Shown in pieces: positions 27,796-37,360 of a DNA stretch of 60,943 bases. The notes under the pieces are model-generated. The model was not told where the DNA came from. It ran no database searches and saw only the letters and a program-made list of their open reading frames with translations. Source of the DNA: an uncultured Candidatus Saccharibacteria bacterium (GTDB lineage Bacteria > Patescibacteriota > Minisyncoccia > Phycocordibacterales > UBA9973). How positions within the stretch are numbered: position 1 is the first letter of the stretch; every line of letters begins with the position of its first letter. The DNA lies in NCBI GenBank assembly GCA_964639185.1, contig CAZXCN010000005.1, forward strand, positions 1-60,943. The letters run 5' to 3'. The translations under genes and the position numbers were made by a program.

Positions 27796-27816
27796 AATTA
27801 TTTTACTTCATTAATA

Positions 27817-27842
27817 ACTCGGCCTTTTGGTCGAGTTTTTTT
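27817..27842 (+). terminator. intrinsic terminator after purC
   Basis: ACTCGGCC-TTTT-GGTCGAGT plus a T-run. Confidence 0.65.
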
Positions 27843-27844
27843 AT

Positions 27845-27873
27845 TTGCAGATTGGGGTGAAATTGCATATAAT
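27845..27873 (+). promoter_or_regulatory. candidate purB promoter (TTGCAG, 17-nt spacer, TATAAT), with the ATG 6 nt downstream (leaderless)
   Basis: Read directly from the sequence. Confidence 0.5.
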
Positions 27874-27879
27874 CGCTAT

Positions 27880-29265
27880 ATGATAAACGATGCAATAAAT
27901 CCACTAGATGGACGATACTACGATAGGACACGGGCACTAGCTTCATACTTCTCCGAGAGTAGCTTGATGAAATACAGGGTTATGATGGAATGTGAATTCT
28001 TAATATGCTTATCTGAAGCAAGGGTAACTCACTTAAGAAAATTTACAATAAATGAAATCAAAGCTATTCGTATACTTTATGAAAATTGGAATGATGCATC
28101 ATACAAAGCTATCAAGAAGTTCGAGGCTACAACTAACCACGATGTAAAAGCTGTAGAATATTTTATAAAAGAATCCCTTGGCAAAACCCTCCAAAAGGGC
28201 GGGCAGGCAAGTTTGAAGGACTCTATCGAGTGGGTACACTTTGGACTAACATCAGAAGATACTAATAATGTTTCGTATGCTTTAATGCTTGCAAATTCTG
28301 TTAGGAGTGTCATGGTCCCAAGCATGTTGGAGATCCACACTGTTATGAAAAGTTATGCCAAGAATTATGCCCACACTCCTATGCTTGCACGTACTCATGG
28401 ACAGTCAGCTTCACCTACAACAGTGGGTAAAGAGTTTGCTGTATTTGCCGACAGATTACGCAGACAAATATATTTCCTTAAACAATTCAAAGTAATGGCA
28501 AAGCTAAATGGTGCTACTGGTAACTACAATGCATTTGTTGCAGCCTACCCAAAGGTAAATTGGCCAGCATTTACAAAGAAGTATATTGCACATATTGGTA
28601 AGGTTGCTGGTGTTAAATTATGCCCGAATTTATTAACTACTCAGATCGAACCACACGATACTTATGCCGAGCTTGCCGACAATATTCGCCGTGCCAACAC
28701 TATCCTTATTGATTTCAATCAAGACATCTGGAGATATATTTCAGATGGATATATAACTCAAAAGCCAAAGGCTGGTGAAGTAGGCTCATCTACAATGCCA
28801 CACAAAGTAAACCCGATAGACTTTGAGAATAGTGAAGGGAACCTAGGTATTGCGAATGCTTTATTTGAATTCTTTTCACGCAAGCTACCAGTATCACGCC
28901 TTCAGCGCGACTTGTCCGACTCTACAGTATCACGTGCTTTTGGAACTGCATTTGGTCATGCGTATCTAGGCTATGTAATGTGTCTAAAAGGTTTGAGTAA
29001 AATTTATATAAATGAAAATAAAATAAAGGAGGACTTATTGGCGCACCCCGAGGTTGTAGCCGAAGCTATACAGACAGTAATGAGAAGGGAGGGCTTGCCA
29101 GTACCGTACGAAGCCTTGAAGGAGATCACCCGTGGCAAGGTTGTGACTATGGAAGACTTCGCACAGTTTATCGATGGTCTAAAAGTCTCACCAGAAATCA
29201 AAAAAGAATTAAAAAAGTTTACCCCATTAACATACATAGGTATTGCTAATAAGTTAGCAAAATAA
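27880..29265 (+). CDS. purB: adenylosuccinate lyase
   Basis: Fumarase/lyase family signature GSSTMPHKVNP, TSEDTNN, 461 aa. Confidence 0.95.
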   Translation: MINDAINPLDGRYYDRTRALASYFSESSLMKYRVMMECEFLICLSEARVTHLRKFTINEIKAIRILYENWNDASYKAIKKFEATTNHDVKAVEYFIKESLGKTLQKGGQASLKDSIEWVHFGLTSEDTNNVSYALMLANSVRSVMVPSMLEIHTVMKSYAKNYAHTPMLARTHGQSASPTTVGKEFAVFADRLRRQIYFLKQFKVMAKLNGATGNYNAFVAAYPKVNWPAFTKKYIAHIGKVAGVKLCPNLLTTQIEPHDTYAELADNIRRANTILIDFNQDIWRYISDGYITQKPKAGEVGSSTMPHKVNPIDFENSEGNLGIANALFEFFSRKLPVSRLQRDLSDSTVSRAFGTAFGHAYLGYVMCLKGLSKIYINENKIKEDLLAHPEVVAEAIQTVMRREGLPVPYEALKEITRGKVVTMEDFAQFIDGLKVSPEIKKELKKFTPLTYIGIANKLAK

Positions 29266-29309
29266 AAATAATCTTTGAGAATATTGCTTGTAACTGATAA
29301 GATATAATA

Positions 29310-29753
29310 ATGACAGTTTTTACAGATAATCGAAAAGCATTTTTTAACTATGAAATATTAGACAAATTCGAGGCGGGTATCGAGCTTATTGGATATGAGG
29401 TTAAGTCTATTCGTGCAGGGCAATGCAACCTAAAAGGTGCATATTGTATTGTGCGTGGGGGTGAGGTGTACCTTATCGGTATGCATGTATCTCCATACCA
29501 GATTAAAAACATGCCGACTACTTATGAACCAGACCAAAATCGTAGGTTGCTTCTAAATAAGAAAGAAATCGCAATATTGCTAACAGCCGAGAAATCTAAA
29601 GGATTGACTCTAATCCCACTTTCATTGTATAGTAAGGGTCGCAGAGTAAAGGTTGAAATAGCAATTGCTAAGGGTAAAAAAATTCACGACAAACGTGATT
29701 CAATCAAAAAACGCGATACAGATCGTGATATGCGAAGAACATTGAGAGAATAA
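29310..29753 (+). CDS. smpB: SsrA-binding protein
   Basis: NRKAFFNYEILDKFEAGIELIGYEVKSIR. Basic C-tail. Immediately upstream of the tmRNA. Confidence 0.95.
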   Translation: MTVFTDNRKAFFNYEILDKFEAGIELIGYEVKSIRAGQCNLKGAYCIVRGGEVYLIGMHVSPYQIKNMPTTYEPDQNRRLLLNKKEIAILLTAEKSKGLTLIPLSLYSKGRRVKVEIAIAKGKKIHDKRDSIKKRDTDRDMRRTLRE

Positions 29754-29758
29754 TAAAT

Positions 29759-30148
29759 GGGGATGACGGGCTTTCGACAGGAAGTGCCATCTTATGTATG
29801 CGTGTCGAGTACTCAGGAATCTCGTAAAACTTCTTGAAAAAGACTAAGTGCAAACAAAGTCGCTTCAGTAAAGTCACCTTACGCTTTTGCGTTTAGTGGC
29901 TCTGCTCTATCCTTCGCCTAAACGGTCAAGGTAGTGTCCACTCTATCGACATCCGATAAATAGTTTGGGCATAATTAATCGGGTTACGAAACAATTACCG
30001 CTTGAATTTGTTTTCGACAATTAAAAGCTCGGTAATATAGTGTTTTGTCTGTTCTCTAGCTATATTATTTAAAACCAATGAACATTCTACACACGTAGAA
30101 TTGCATATGATCATTTTTTGCACGGCGGTTCAACTCCGCCCATCTCCA
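29759..30148 (+). ncRNA. ssrA: tmRNA (SsrA)
   Basis: 5' GGGGATGACGGGCTTTCGACAGG. 3' T-arm GGCGG-TTCAACT-CCGCC. Acceptor GGGGATG/CATCTCC with G3:U70. CCA is not encoded. In-frame tag ORF at 29850-29921. Confidence 0.9.
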
Positions 30149-30163
30149 CAGATAAATAAAAAG

Positions 30164-30187
30164 ACCACCTAAATGGTGGTTTTTTTT
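30164..30187 (+). terminator. intrinsic terminator after ssrA
   Basis: ACCACC-TAAAT-GGTGGT plus T7. Confidence 0.75.
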
Positions 30188-30229
30188 AAATTTTTTATTT
30201 ATTCTAAATTAATGTATAATGACCCTACT

Positions 30230-32107
30230 ATGGATATAAAAAAAATGACAAAAAAGCCTTTGAACAAAAATAAAAAGCCATTAAAAATAGGGAACCAGCT
30301 TATAACAGCTGTCCTTATATTTATGGCGATTACTGCACTGTATTCATTATTGTCTACTACTCCAGATGAAATAAAGCAATTTACAATTTCTGATATTGCA
30401 AAGAGTGTTCAAAAAGGTGAAGTAACAAAAATAATAGTAGCTGGCGAAGATGTAAATCTTGAAATGAAAGACAGTACTAAGGCCCATGCAAAGAAAGAGC
30501 CTGAGAGCGCACTTTCTGATACGCTTGTGCGTTATGGTGTTACTGTTGAACAACTTGCAAATACTCCTATTGAAATCAAAAATGAAAGTGGTTTTGGATA
30601 TTGGTTATTAAATATTTTACCATTCGCATTGCCAGTATTGATGGTGTTGTTCTTAGTATGGATGCTAACTCGCCAAGTAAAAGGTCAAGGAATGCAAGCG
30701 ATGAATTTCGGACAATCAAAAGCCCGCATCACAACACCTGATGATAAAAAGAATAAAATAATCTTTAAAGATGTAGCAGGTAATAAAGAGGCAAAGATCG
30801 AGCTCGAAGAAATAGTAGATTTTTTGCGTAATCCAAAAAAGTTCCTTGATATTGGTGCGCAAATTCCAAAAGGTGTAATGCTTACTGGTGCGCCAGGTAC
30901 AGGTAAAACATTGTTGGCACGTGCTGTTGCCGGAGAAGCTGGGGTTCCATTCTTTCATTTATCAGGAAGTGAATTCGTAGAGATGTTCGTGGGTGTAGGT
31001 GCTTCACGTGTGCGTGATTTGTTCAAGATGGCAAAGAAAGCTTCACCAAGTATTGTGTTTATTGACGAGATAGATGCAGTAGGCCGTGTGCGTGGTACAG
31101 GCACTGGAGGTGGTAACGATGAGCGCGAGCAAACATTAAATCAAATACTTGTCGAGATGGATGGCTTCGAGCCAACAGAGAAGGTGATAGTAATGGCTGC
31201 AACAAATCGCTCGGATGTTCTGGATCCAGCATTGCTTCGACCAGGGCGCTTTGATAGGCGTGTAAAATTAGATTTACCAGATAGAAAAGACAGAGAGGAC
31301 ATAATGGCAATACATTCTAGAAAGAAGCCACTCGAATCTGATGTAAATATTAAATTAATAGCAGAGAGGACTCCTGGATTTTCCGGAGCAGACTTGTATT
31401 CATTGATGAATGAAGCAGCGATACTCGCTGCCCGTGAGGACAGAAAGAGGGTAGCACAGATGGACCTAATCAAATCTATTGAAAAGGTGATGATGGGTCC
31501 TGAACGCAAGAGCCACCTGATGTCAAAAGAGGAAAAGATGATAACAGCTTATCATGAAGCTGGTCATGCGCTCGTGGCTTCTATGTTGCCAAATGCTGAC
31601 CCTGTACATAAAGTTTCTATTGTGTCCCGTGGAAGTGCTGGTGGGTATACACTTAAATTACCACTCGAAGATAGAAAGCTTCAAAGTAAGAAAGAATTTA
31701 TTGATGATTTGGCTATGTCTATGGGTGGTTATGCTGCCGAGGAGATGATATTTGGTGATGTAACAACAGGCCCATCAAATGATTTACAAGTAGCTACAAA
31801 TTTGGCTCGTGCTATGGTAACACGTTGGGGTATGAGTGACGCTATTGGTCCAGTAGCTGTCGAGAGTGACAACCCAAGATACCAGAATGAAGAGGGTTTG
31901 CCACCAGCAGTAGCCAATATAATAGGCGAAGAGGTGAAAATGATAATGACCAATGCTCTTACCACTGCAAAGCGTGTATTGACCGAGAAGAGGGAGGTTC
32001 TAGATGCAATAGCAAACAAGCTGATAGAAGTAGAAACTCTCGAGCAAGATGAATACAATTCACTTATTATGTCATTTGGTATCAAGCCACGAACAAAAGA
32101 AGTATAA
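30230..32107 (+). CDS. ftsH: ATP-dependent zinc metalloprotease FtsH
   Basis: [25 protein letters not shown] region, HEAGHA zinc site. Start is uncertain (30212, 30230 or 30245). The 30173 start overlaps the ssrA terminator. Confidence 0.9.
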   Translation: MDIKKMTKKPLNKNKKPLKIGNQLITAVLIFMAITALYSLLSTTPDEIKQFTISDIAKSVQKGEVTKIIVAGEDVNLEMKDSTKAHAKKEPESALSDTLVRYGVTVEQLANTPIEIKNESGFGYWLLNILPFALPVLMVLFLVWMLTRQVKGQGMQAMNFGQSKARITTPDDKKNKIIFKDVAGNKEAKIELEEIVDFLRNPKKFLDIGAQIPKGVMLTGAPGTGKTLLARAVAGEAGVPFFHLSGSEFVEMFVGVGASRVRDLFKMAKKASPSIVFIDEIDAVGRVRGTGTGGGNDEREQTLNQILVEMDGFEPTEKVIVMAATNRSDVLDPALLRPGRFDRRVKLDLPDRKDREDIMAIHSRKKPLESDVNIKLIAERTPGFSGADLYSLMNEAAILAAREDRKRVAQMDLIKSIEKVMMGPERKSHLMSKEEKMITAYHEAGHALVASMLPNADPVHKVSIVSRGSAGGYTLKLPLEDRKLQSKKEFIDDLAMSMGGYAAEEMIFGDVTTGPSNDLQVATNLARAMVTRWGMSDAIGPVAVESDNPRYQNEEGLPPAVANIIGEEVKMIMTNALTTAKRVLTEKREVLDAIANKLIEVETLEQDEYNSLIMSFGIKPRTKEV

Positions 32108-32197
32108 ATAGGGTGAAAAGAATTGGGTTGCTGTTATTTGTTTTTTGAGGTAATATATAAAAATCAATATTTTTAATGTTTTTATTAAAAATATTAT

Positions 32198-32271
32198 CCA
32201 CCCTTAGCTCAGTTGGTTAGAGCACAGAGCTTATACCTCTGGGGTCCATGGTTCGAATCCATGAGGGTGGA
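32198..32271 (+). tRNA. tRNA-Ile with genomically encoded UAU anticodon
   Basis: Cloverleaf by hand: acceptor CCACCCT/AGGGTGG, D arm GCTC...GAGC, anticodon stem CAGAG/CTCTG with loop CTTATAC, T arm CATGG-TTCGAAT-CCATG, discriminator A. CCA is not encoded. Confidence 0.8.
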
Positions 32272-32279
32272 CACTAAAC

Positions 32280-32303
32280 AAAAGCACCCAACCGGGTGCT
32301 TTT
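32280..32303. terminator. bidirectional terminator between the tRNA and the ZIP gene
   Basis: AAAAGCACCC-AACC-GGGTGCTTTT. Confidence 0.75.
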
Positions 32304-32316
32304 GTTATTATGAGTC

Positions 32317-33030
32317 TTAGTGTTCGTGTGGTACGAGTACAAGTATAAGAGCCAGTATGAATGCTCCTAAAGCGAACCCAAATACCATCTTCTTGCTCCA
32401 CTTTGCCCCTGATATGTCGGCTACAACTTTCCATGCAACAATACCAGCTGATATTGCCATAAATATTACTTCTAATGGTTCAAAATTTTGGAATATGTAT
32501 CCTAGGAATATGCTCAATGATATTAAGAATGATATCATTATTGCCTTTTTTGTCTTTATACCACTTTCTACCAAAAGTATTTGTTGACCAGCTTGTTGTA
32601 TTGTCTGGTGACCTAAAATACCCAAGAAAGATGTTACCCCAACAGTTGGGTTAACAAAGAAGCCTGCAATAATAGCAATACCGTCCACGATATTATGGAA
32701 AAAGTCAGATATTAGGATTCTCCAAGTGCTACTTTTTGTATGCGAGTGCACAGCCTCCTCCTTTGTGTGGTGGTGATGGAATTCTTTGAAAGTAATACCT
32801 ATTAGTAAACTGATAACTAAACCAGCTATGAACCACATGCCCCCTGTTAATACTCCTGCATGCTCAAAAGACTCTCGAAGTAGCATTATGACAAGCATAA
32901 GGTATACTCCAAGACCAAACCCTTTTGTAGAATCTTTTTCAAAGAAAGCTCTATTTTGTGGGAATAATATTGTTATTAATATGGGTATTATTGCAACCCC
33001 TGCCAAAGCCCAAAATATTTGTGTTTGCAT
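32317..33030 (-). CDS. ZIP-family divalent metal (zinc) transporter
   Basis: Multi-TM, His-rich loop HHHHTKEEAVHSH, HNIVDGIAI and GHQTIQQ motifs. ATG at 33030 preferred, because the GTG at 33078 would read through a 35-bp palindrome. Confidence 0.8.
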   Translation of the reverse strand: MQTQIFWALAGVAIIPILITILFPQNRAFFEKDSTKGFGLGVYLMLVIMLLRESFEHAGVLTGGMWFIAGLVISLLIGITFKEFHHHHTKEEAVHSHTKSSTWRILISDFFHNIVDGIAIIAGFFVNPTVGVTSFLGILGHQTIQQAGQQILLVESGIKTKKAIMISFLISLSIFLGYIFQNFEPLEVIFMAISAGIVAWKVVADISGAKWSKKMVFGFALGAFILALILVLVPHEH

Positions 33031-33039
33031 AAGTGCATA

Positions 33040-33074
33040 ATAAACTACTTGCAAATTATTTGCAAGTAGTTTAT
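33040..33074. promoter_or_regulatory. perfect 17-1-17 palindrome, candidate Zur/Fur-type operator
   Basis: ATAAACTACTTGCAAAT-T-ATTTGCAAGTAGTTTAT, 10 nt upstream of the ZIP ATG, in the divergent region shared with the Fur-family gene. Confidence 0.6.
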
Positions 33075-33116
33075 CCACATGCTATACTATCTACGCTGTA
33101 CAGCAATGACAATTAT

Positions 33117-33151
33117 ACTAAAAATACATACCTTGCGTATGTATTTTTAGT
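33117..33151. promoter_or_regulatory. 14-bp inverted repeat upstream of the Fur-family gene
   Basis: ACTAAAAATACATA-CCTTGCG-TATGTATTTTTAGT, 17 nt upstream of the ATG at 33168. Confidence 0.4.
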
Positions 33152-33167
33152 AATATATAGTTAACAT

Positions 33168-33599
33168 ATGGAATCATTAAAAATAGAAAAATATAAAAAT
33201 ATTTTAAATCAAGCTAATATAAAAGCAACTAGCCAAAGGATAGAACTGTTATCATTGTTATCCAATAGTTCCAAGCCACTAACACTGAAGGATCTAATGA
33301 ATAAGATAAAGTTTTCTGGAGCTCATGAAGTAACTCTGTATCGTATATTAGCTATGTTCAAAGAGGCAAATTTAATCAAACAATTAGATTTACAAGATTC
33401 TGTACCATATTTTGAAATAGTAGATTATAAGAATGATCATCATCATATAGTATGTACTGTATGTAAAAAAGTTAGTGATTTTATTGGTTGTGGGTCTGAT
33501 AATCTGATAAAAAAAGCTTTAAAACAAACAAAAGATTTTAAATCTGTTACTTCGCATTCGTTTGAATTATTTGGTTTATGTAATAAATGTAGTAAATAA
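33168..33599 (+). CDS. Fur-family metalloregulator (Zur-like by context)
   Basis: wHTH N-domain (TSQRIELLSLL), HHHIVCTVCKK and C-terminal CNKC zinc sites. Confidence 0.8.
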   Translation: MESLKIEKYKNILNQANIKATSQRIELLSLLSNSSKPLTLKDLMNKIKFSGAHEVTLYRILAMFKEANLIKQLDLQDSVPYFEIVDYKNDHHHIVCTVCKKVSDFIGCGSDNLIKKALKQTKDFKSVTSHSFELFGLCNKCSK

Positions 33600-33600
33600 T

Positions 33601-34737
33601 ATGAAGAATTTATTTTTATTTTTATTTTTATTTAATCTGTTTACTAATACAGCTTGGGCAGACAGTGTCATTCGAGATAAACAAGAATCACTCAAAGCTA
33701 AAGTAATTAGTGTTGAAGATTTGGGACAGAAAAATGTATTAGGTACTGATAACGTTACTAAATCTCAAACAGTCAAGGCTCAGATATTAAGTGGTGACAA
33801 TACAGATCAAATTGTTTCATTTGATAATGATTATATTCAACTAAAAGAAGGCCAAAGATTTTATTTATTAAAAATCACAAGAGGTGATGATGGTCGTATC
33901 ACGTATTCTGTTTCTGATGTGAATAGAATACCATGGATTATATTCTTTGTTTTACTATTTATTGTACTTGTTGTTATATTTGGTGGAATACAAGGCATAC
34001 GGGGTTTATTGTCACTGGCTGGAGGGCTATTTCTTATATTTTATTTATTATTACCTCAAATTATTCAAGGGGCTTCACCTTTATTGATTAGTTGTATTGT
34101 TGCTTCATTGATTAGTATTGTTGGTTCTTATATTACTCATGGGTTTAATCGCACAACAACTAGTGCTGTTATTGGTATGGTTACAACGGTTATTATTACT
34201 GGACTACTTGCGTATTTTGCAGTAAAGATCACAACGCTTTCTGGTATGGATTCAGAAGAGGCAATGTATCTAACACTTAACAGTCGGGGTGCTATCGATC
34301 TACAGGGTTTATTATTGGGTAGTATTATGATCGGTCTTTTGGGTGTTTTGTATGATTCTGCTATTGGGCAAGCAATATCCGTAGAGGAACTGTGGCGAGC
34401 TGATAGTAAATTGTCGAAAGCTTATGTATTCAAAAGGTCTTTACGTATTGGTCGTGAACATATAGGTGCATTAGTGAATACTTTGGCTATTGCTTATGTT
34501 GGAGCAGCATTGCCATTACTTGTATTGTTTGCTTTTCCTACATCTGGTTCTTTTGTAACACTTATAAATAGGGAAATGTTTGCTTCAGAGATAATACGTG
34601 CGATTATCGGATCTATTGGTCTTGTTCTTGCTGTGCCTATTACTACAGCTATATCTGTATATATGTTGCATGGTGTTAAATTCACAGGGCATAAACACGA
34701 GCACTCACATTCGCACGGGCATAGCCATTTGAAATAA
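33601..34737 (+). CDS. YibE/F-family membrane protein with His-rich C-terminal tail
   Basis: Signal peptide, extracytoplasmic N-domain, about 7 TM, GREHIGALVNTLAIAYVGAALPLL, tail GHKHEHSHSHGHSHLK. ATG at 33601 preferred. Confidence 0.6.
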   Translation: MKNLFLFLFLFNLFTNTAWADSVIRDKQESLKAKVISVEDLGQKNVLGTDNVTKSQTVKAQILSGDNTDQIVSFDNDYIQLKEGQRFYLLKITRGDDGRITYSVSDVNRIPWIIFFVLLFIVLVVIFGGIQGIRGLLSLAGGLFLIFYLLLPQIIQGASPLLISCIVASLISIVGSYITHGFNRTTTSAVIGMVTTVIITGLLAYFAVKITTLSGMDSEEAMYLTLNSRGAIDLQGLLLGSIMIGLLGVLYDSAIGQAISVEELWRADSKLSKAYVFKRSLRIGREHIGALVNTLAIAYVGAALPLLVLFAFPTSGSFVTLINREMFASEIIRAIIGSIGLVLAVPITTAISVYMLHGVKFTGHKHEHSHSHGHSHLK

Positions 34738-34765
34738 AATCATTTGTAGATTGTAATAGAATATA

Positions 34766-35338
34766 ATGCCAGAGATAATACAAACAGACGAGGCGATAGT
34801 ACTCCTTGTTCGGAACGGGGATTCCGAGCTTTTTGGTGAGCTTGTCAAAAGATACGAGTCCAAGCTCAAACGCTATGCATACAAATTTCTTTTCGATCGC
34901 AATGATATAGACGACCTAGTTCAAGATGTGTTCATAAAGGCATATACTAATTTACAGAGCTTTGATAATGATAGGAAATTCTCGCCATGGATTTATAGAA
35001 TTGCACACAATACATATGTGAATGCCATAAAGAAGAAACTGACTGAAAAAGTATTTCCTATTGATTTCGATACATTCTTGCCACACCCGCGCGCTTTGGA
35101 GACATCAGATAATGAAAGTGAAAAGGAATATACCCGCACAATGCTCGATAAAAATATTAAATTAATTGATACTAAATATCGCGAACCATTAATTTTGTAT
35201 TTTTACGAGGAAATGGATTATAAAGAAATTGCCGAAGTGTTAGGTGTACCCGTGTCGACAGTAGGGGTACGTATTAAAAGGGGTAAAGAAAAATTAAAAG
35301 AAATATTATCAAAAAATAATTTTGTTTATGAAAAATAA
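34766..35338 (+). CDS. ECF (group 4) RNA polymerase sigma factor
   Basis: Region 2 (DDLVQDVFIKAY, FSPWIYRIAHN) and region 4 (MDYKEIAEVLGVPVSTVGVRIKRG). Confidence 0.85.
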   Translation: MPEIIQTDEAIVLLVRNGDSELFGELVKRYESKLKRYAYKFLFDRNDIDDLVQDVFIKAYTNLQSFDNDRKFSPWIYRIAHNTYVNAIKKKLTEKVFPIDFDTFLPHPRALETSDNESEKEYTRTMLDKNIKLIDTKYREPLILYFYEEMDYKEIAEVLGVPVSTVGVRIKRGKEKLKEILSKNNFVYEK

Positions 35339-35882
35339 TAACGACAAATCAATCCAAGAATACGTGATATCATCCATCAAGGAGGGTAAATTAAATATGC
35401 GCCCCAAGTGGCATTTTGTACTCAAGACAATTTTGCGCGTACTTTCAATTGTAATTTTGTTTTTTACACTTATTTACTTACTCAATTTTATTGGGCTTGT
35501 CACACACGAGAAAGATTTCAATATATTAGATCTCAGCCCTCAGGGTATGCACGCATTTATGACAGCGATACCATGGGTAATCGTATTGTTATCAATGTTT
35601 TTATTAATGACATTTTATATTTTAATAAAAAATTATTCCTTTATTTATCGTAAGCCAATCGTGTATAGCTTTTTTGGAATAATATTTTTTGTGACCATAA
35701 TCGGTTTTGCTGTGCATTTGCTTGACGTCCGATTCAGATTCGCACGATTTGGTGAAGGGCCACGTACTCCTATACTCGGGCCAATACATAAATACTACCG
35801 TGGGAAAATAGAGGATAGAAAAGATTTTGACAAGATAGATATAAATATGCCAAAAAGAGTAAAAGTGCCAAAAAACTACTAA
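35328..35882 (+). CDS. membrane protein, putative anti-sigma factor (by position)
   Basis: Overlaps the sigma gene end and has several TM segments. No recognisable zinc anti-sigma motif. Confidence 0.4.
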   Translation: MKNNNDKSIQEYVISSIKEGKLNMRPKWHFVLKTILRVLSIVILFFTLIYLLNFIGLVTHEKDFNILDLSPQGMHAFMTAIPWVIVLLSMFLLMTFYILIKNYSFIYRKPIVYSFFGIIFFVTIIGFAVHLLDVRFRFARFGEGPRTPILGPIHKYYRGKIEDRKDFDKIDINMPKRVKVPKNY

Positions 35883-35975
35883 ATTTTGAAATATTTACAA
35901 ACCCTAAGTGTAATAATATATGCAAGTGATATCCTTGCTTATTATTAGATAATATTTAAAGAAATACAAATATAT

Positions 35976-36434
35976 ATGAATAAAAATAAATTACTTAAAT
36001 ACGGGCTTCCAGCACTTGCTCTTGCGCTACTTATAGGAGCAAGCTCTGCCGAGGCCTTTGGTGGTGGAATGACTAAGAATGTTACACCTGAGCAAGTTGC
36101 AACCATGCATGCACAAATGTTCCAAACTCAAGCTACTTTGATTGGTGCAAGTGTGGATGAAGTAAAAACTGCATGGGCAAATGGTACAAGTTTTAAGGAA
36201 TTGGCCAAGCAAAAAGGTATAACAGAAGAAGCTTTGAAGACAAAGATGCAAGAATCTCATAAAATACAGATGAAAGCTCAGCTTCAAACTCTCGTAGATA
36301 AAGGTGTCATTACTCAAGCTCAAGCTGATGCTCGTATTGCTACAATGCAAAAAATGGCAGAAAACATGAAAGACAAGAAAGGGAAGGGTAAAGGAGGAAT
36401 GGGTCATGGTATGGGAATGGGATTTGGTTTCTAA
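35976..36434 (+). CDS. secreted helical protein with Gly/Met/His-rich C-terminus
   Basis: Signal peptide ...LLIGASSAEA, tail KGKGKGGMGHGMGMGFGF. Confidence 0.55.
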   Translation: MNKNKLLKYGLPALALALLIGASSAEAFGGGMTKNVTPEQVATMHAQMFQTQATLIGASVDEVKTAWANGTSFKELAKQKGITEEALKTKMQESHKIQMKAQLQTLVDKGVITQAQADARIATMQKMAENMKDKKGKGKGGMGHGMGMGFGF

Positions 36435-36465
36435 AAAATAATAATTAATAATTCGACCTAACAAA

Positions 36466-36489
36466 AAACTCCCGAAAGGGAGTTTTTTG
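36466..36489 (+). terminator. intrinsic terminator
   Basis: AACTCCC-GAAA-GGGAGTT plus a T-run. Confidence 0.75.
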
Positions 36490-36550
36490 TTGTTGTTGAC
36501 ATTCCAATATATATGTATTAATCTTTGATCAAAACTTAAAAATAAAGAAT

Positions 36551-37216
36551 ATGAAAAGATTAACCATTTTTCTAGCTATTTTCTGTATCAGATTTGGCTT
36601 AAATTCAGCAAGTGCTAATGCACAAGAAACGATTACCCAAGATACTGTGGTAGAGGGCCAAAATATTTTGATAACAGAAATTGTAACCCAAACCAAAAAG
36701 TTAGCTACCTATCCAAAACCTGAATGTTCTAAGGCTGTCACGAAAAAAGATGTCATTAGTGCAATAAAAAATCGTAATGATTTGGTTGAGAATATTTATT
36801 TTACTGACAACATTTTTGGTAGATTAAAATATTTGAAAGTTATTCATTCATTCAACTACGGACAGTATTATTGGGATAAACCAGTTCAGAAAATTATGGG
36901 ATATAACTATTTCTTTTACTGGTTTACTCTTGTATTTTCTATCGGGTTTTTTTTGATTGGTTCCTTTGTAAAATATACTGAAAAAGATTTTCTCTTTATG
37001 AAGTTTATTTATATGATATTACTTTATTTTGTTGCTTTTTTGAGTGTAATATTTTTTGTAATATTTTTGGAACATTACCAGCATAAAAACATTAAATACA
37101 CCTTTGATTGGTGCTCGCAATCTCCGTTTATTAAAATTTTCTTATTGATTACAGTAGCTTTATTTTTTATTGGTCATTTTCTCCAATGGAGAAGACTTAA
37201 AAGAGTAGGTAAGTAA
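36551..37216 (+). CDS. membrane protein with signal peptide, unknown function
   Basis: N-terminal signal sequence, three to four C-terminal TM segments, no recognised motif. Confidence 0.5.
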   Translation: MKRLTIFLAIFCIRFGLNSASANAQETITQDTVVEGQNILITEIVTQTKKLATYPKPECSKAVTKKDVISAIKNRNDLVENIYFTDNIFGRLKYLKVIHSFNYGQYYWDKPVQKIMGYNYFFYWFTLVFSIGFFLIGSFVKYTEKDFLFMKFIYMILLYFVAFLSVIFFVIFLEHYQHKNIKYTFDWCSQSPFIKIFLLITVALFFIGHFLQWRRLKRVGK

Positions 37217-37240
37217 TTTCTGCTAAAATTGTAAATAAAA

Positions 37241-37270
37241 ACTCGCCTGATTTATAAGGCGGGTTTTTTT
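37241..37270 (+). terminator. intrinsic terminator
   Basis: ACTCGCC...GGCGGGT hairpin plus T7. Confidence 0.6.
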
Positions 37271-37360
37271 ATTTAAAAAGAAAGTGTAACAGATTCTAAT
37301 GCTCATCCAAAATTTATAAACTTTGTAGTAAATATTGTTAATATGAGATAATTTACCATG

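Noticed and set aside
32231-32434. 67-aa minus-strand ORF overlapping tRNA-Ile and its terminator. Similarly the 49323-49736 minus-strand ORF overlapping tRNA-Ser(ACU).
   Set aside because: Both are explained by the tRNA genes and hairpins, and neither has coding features.
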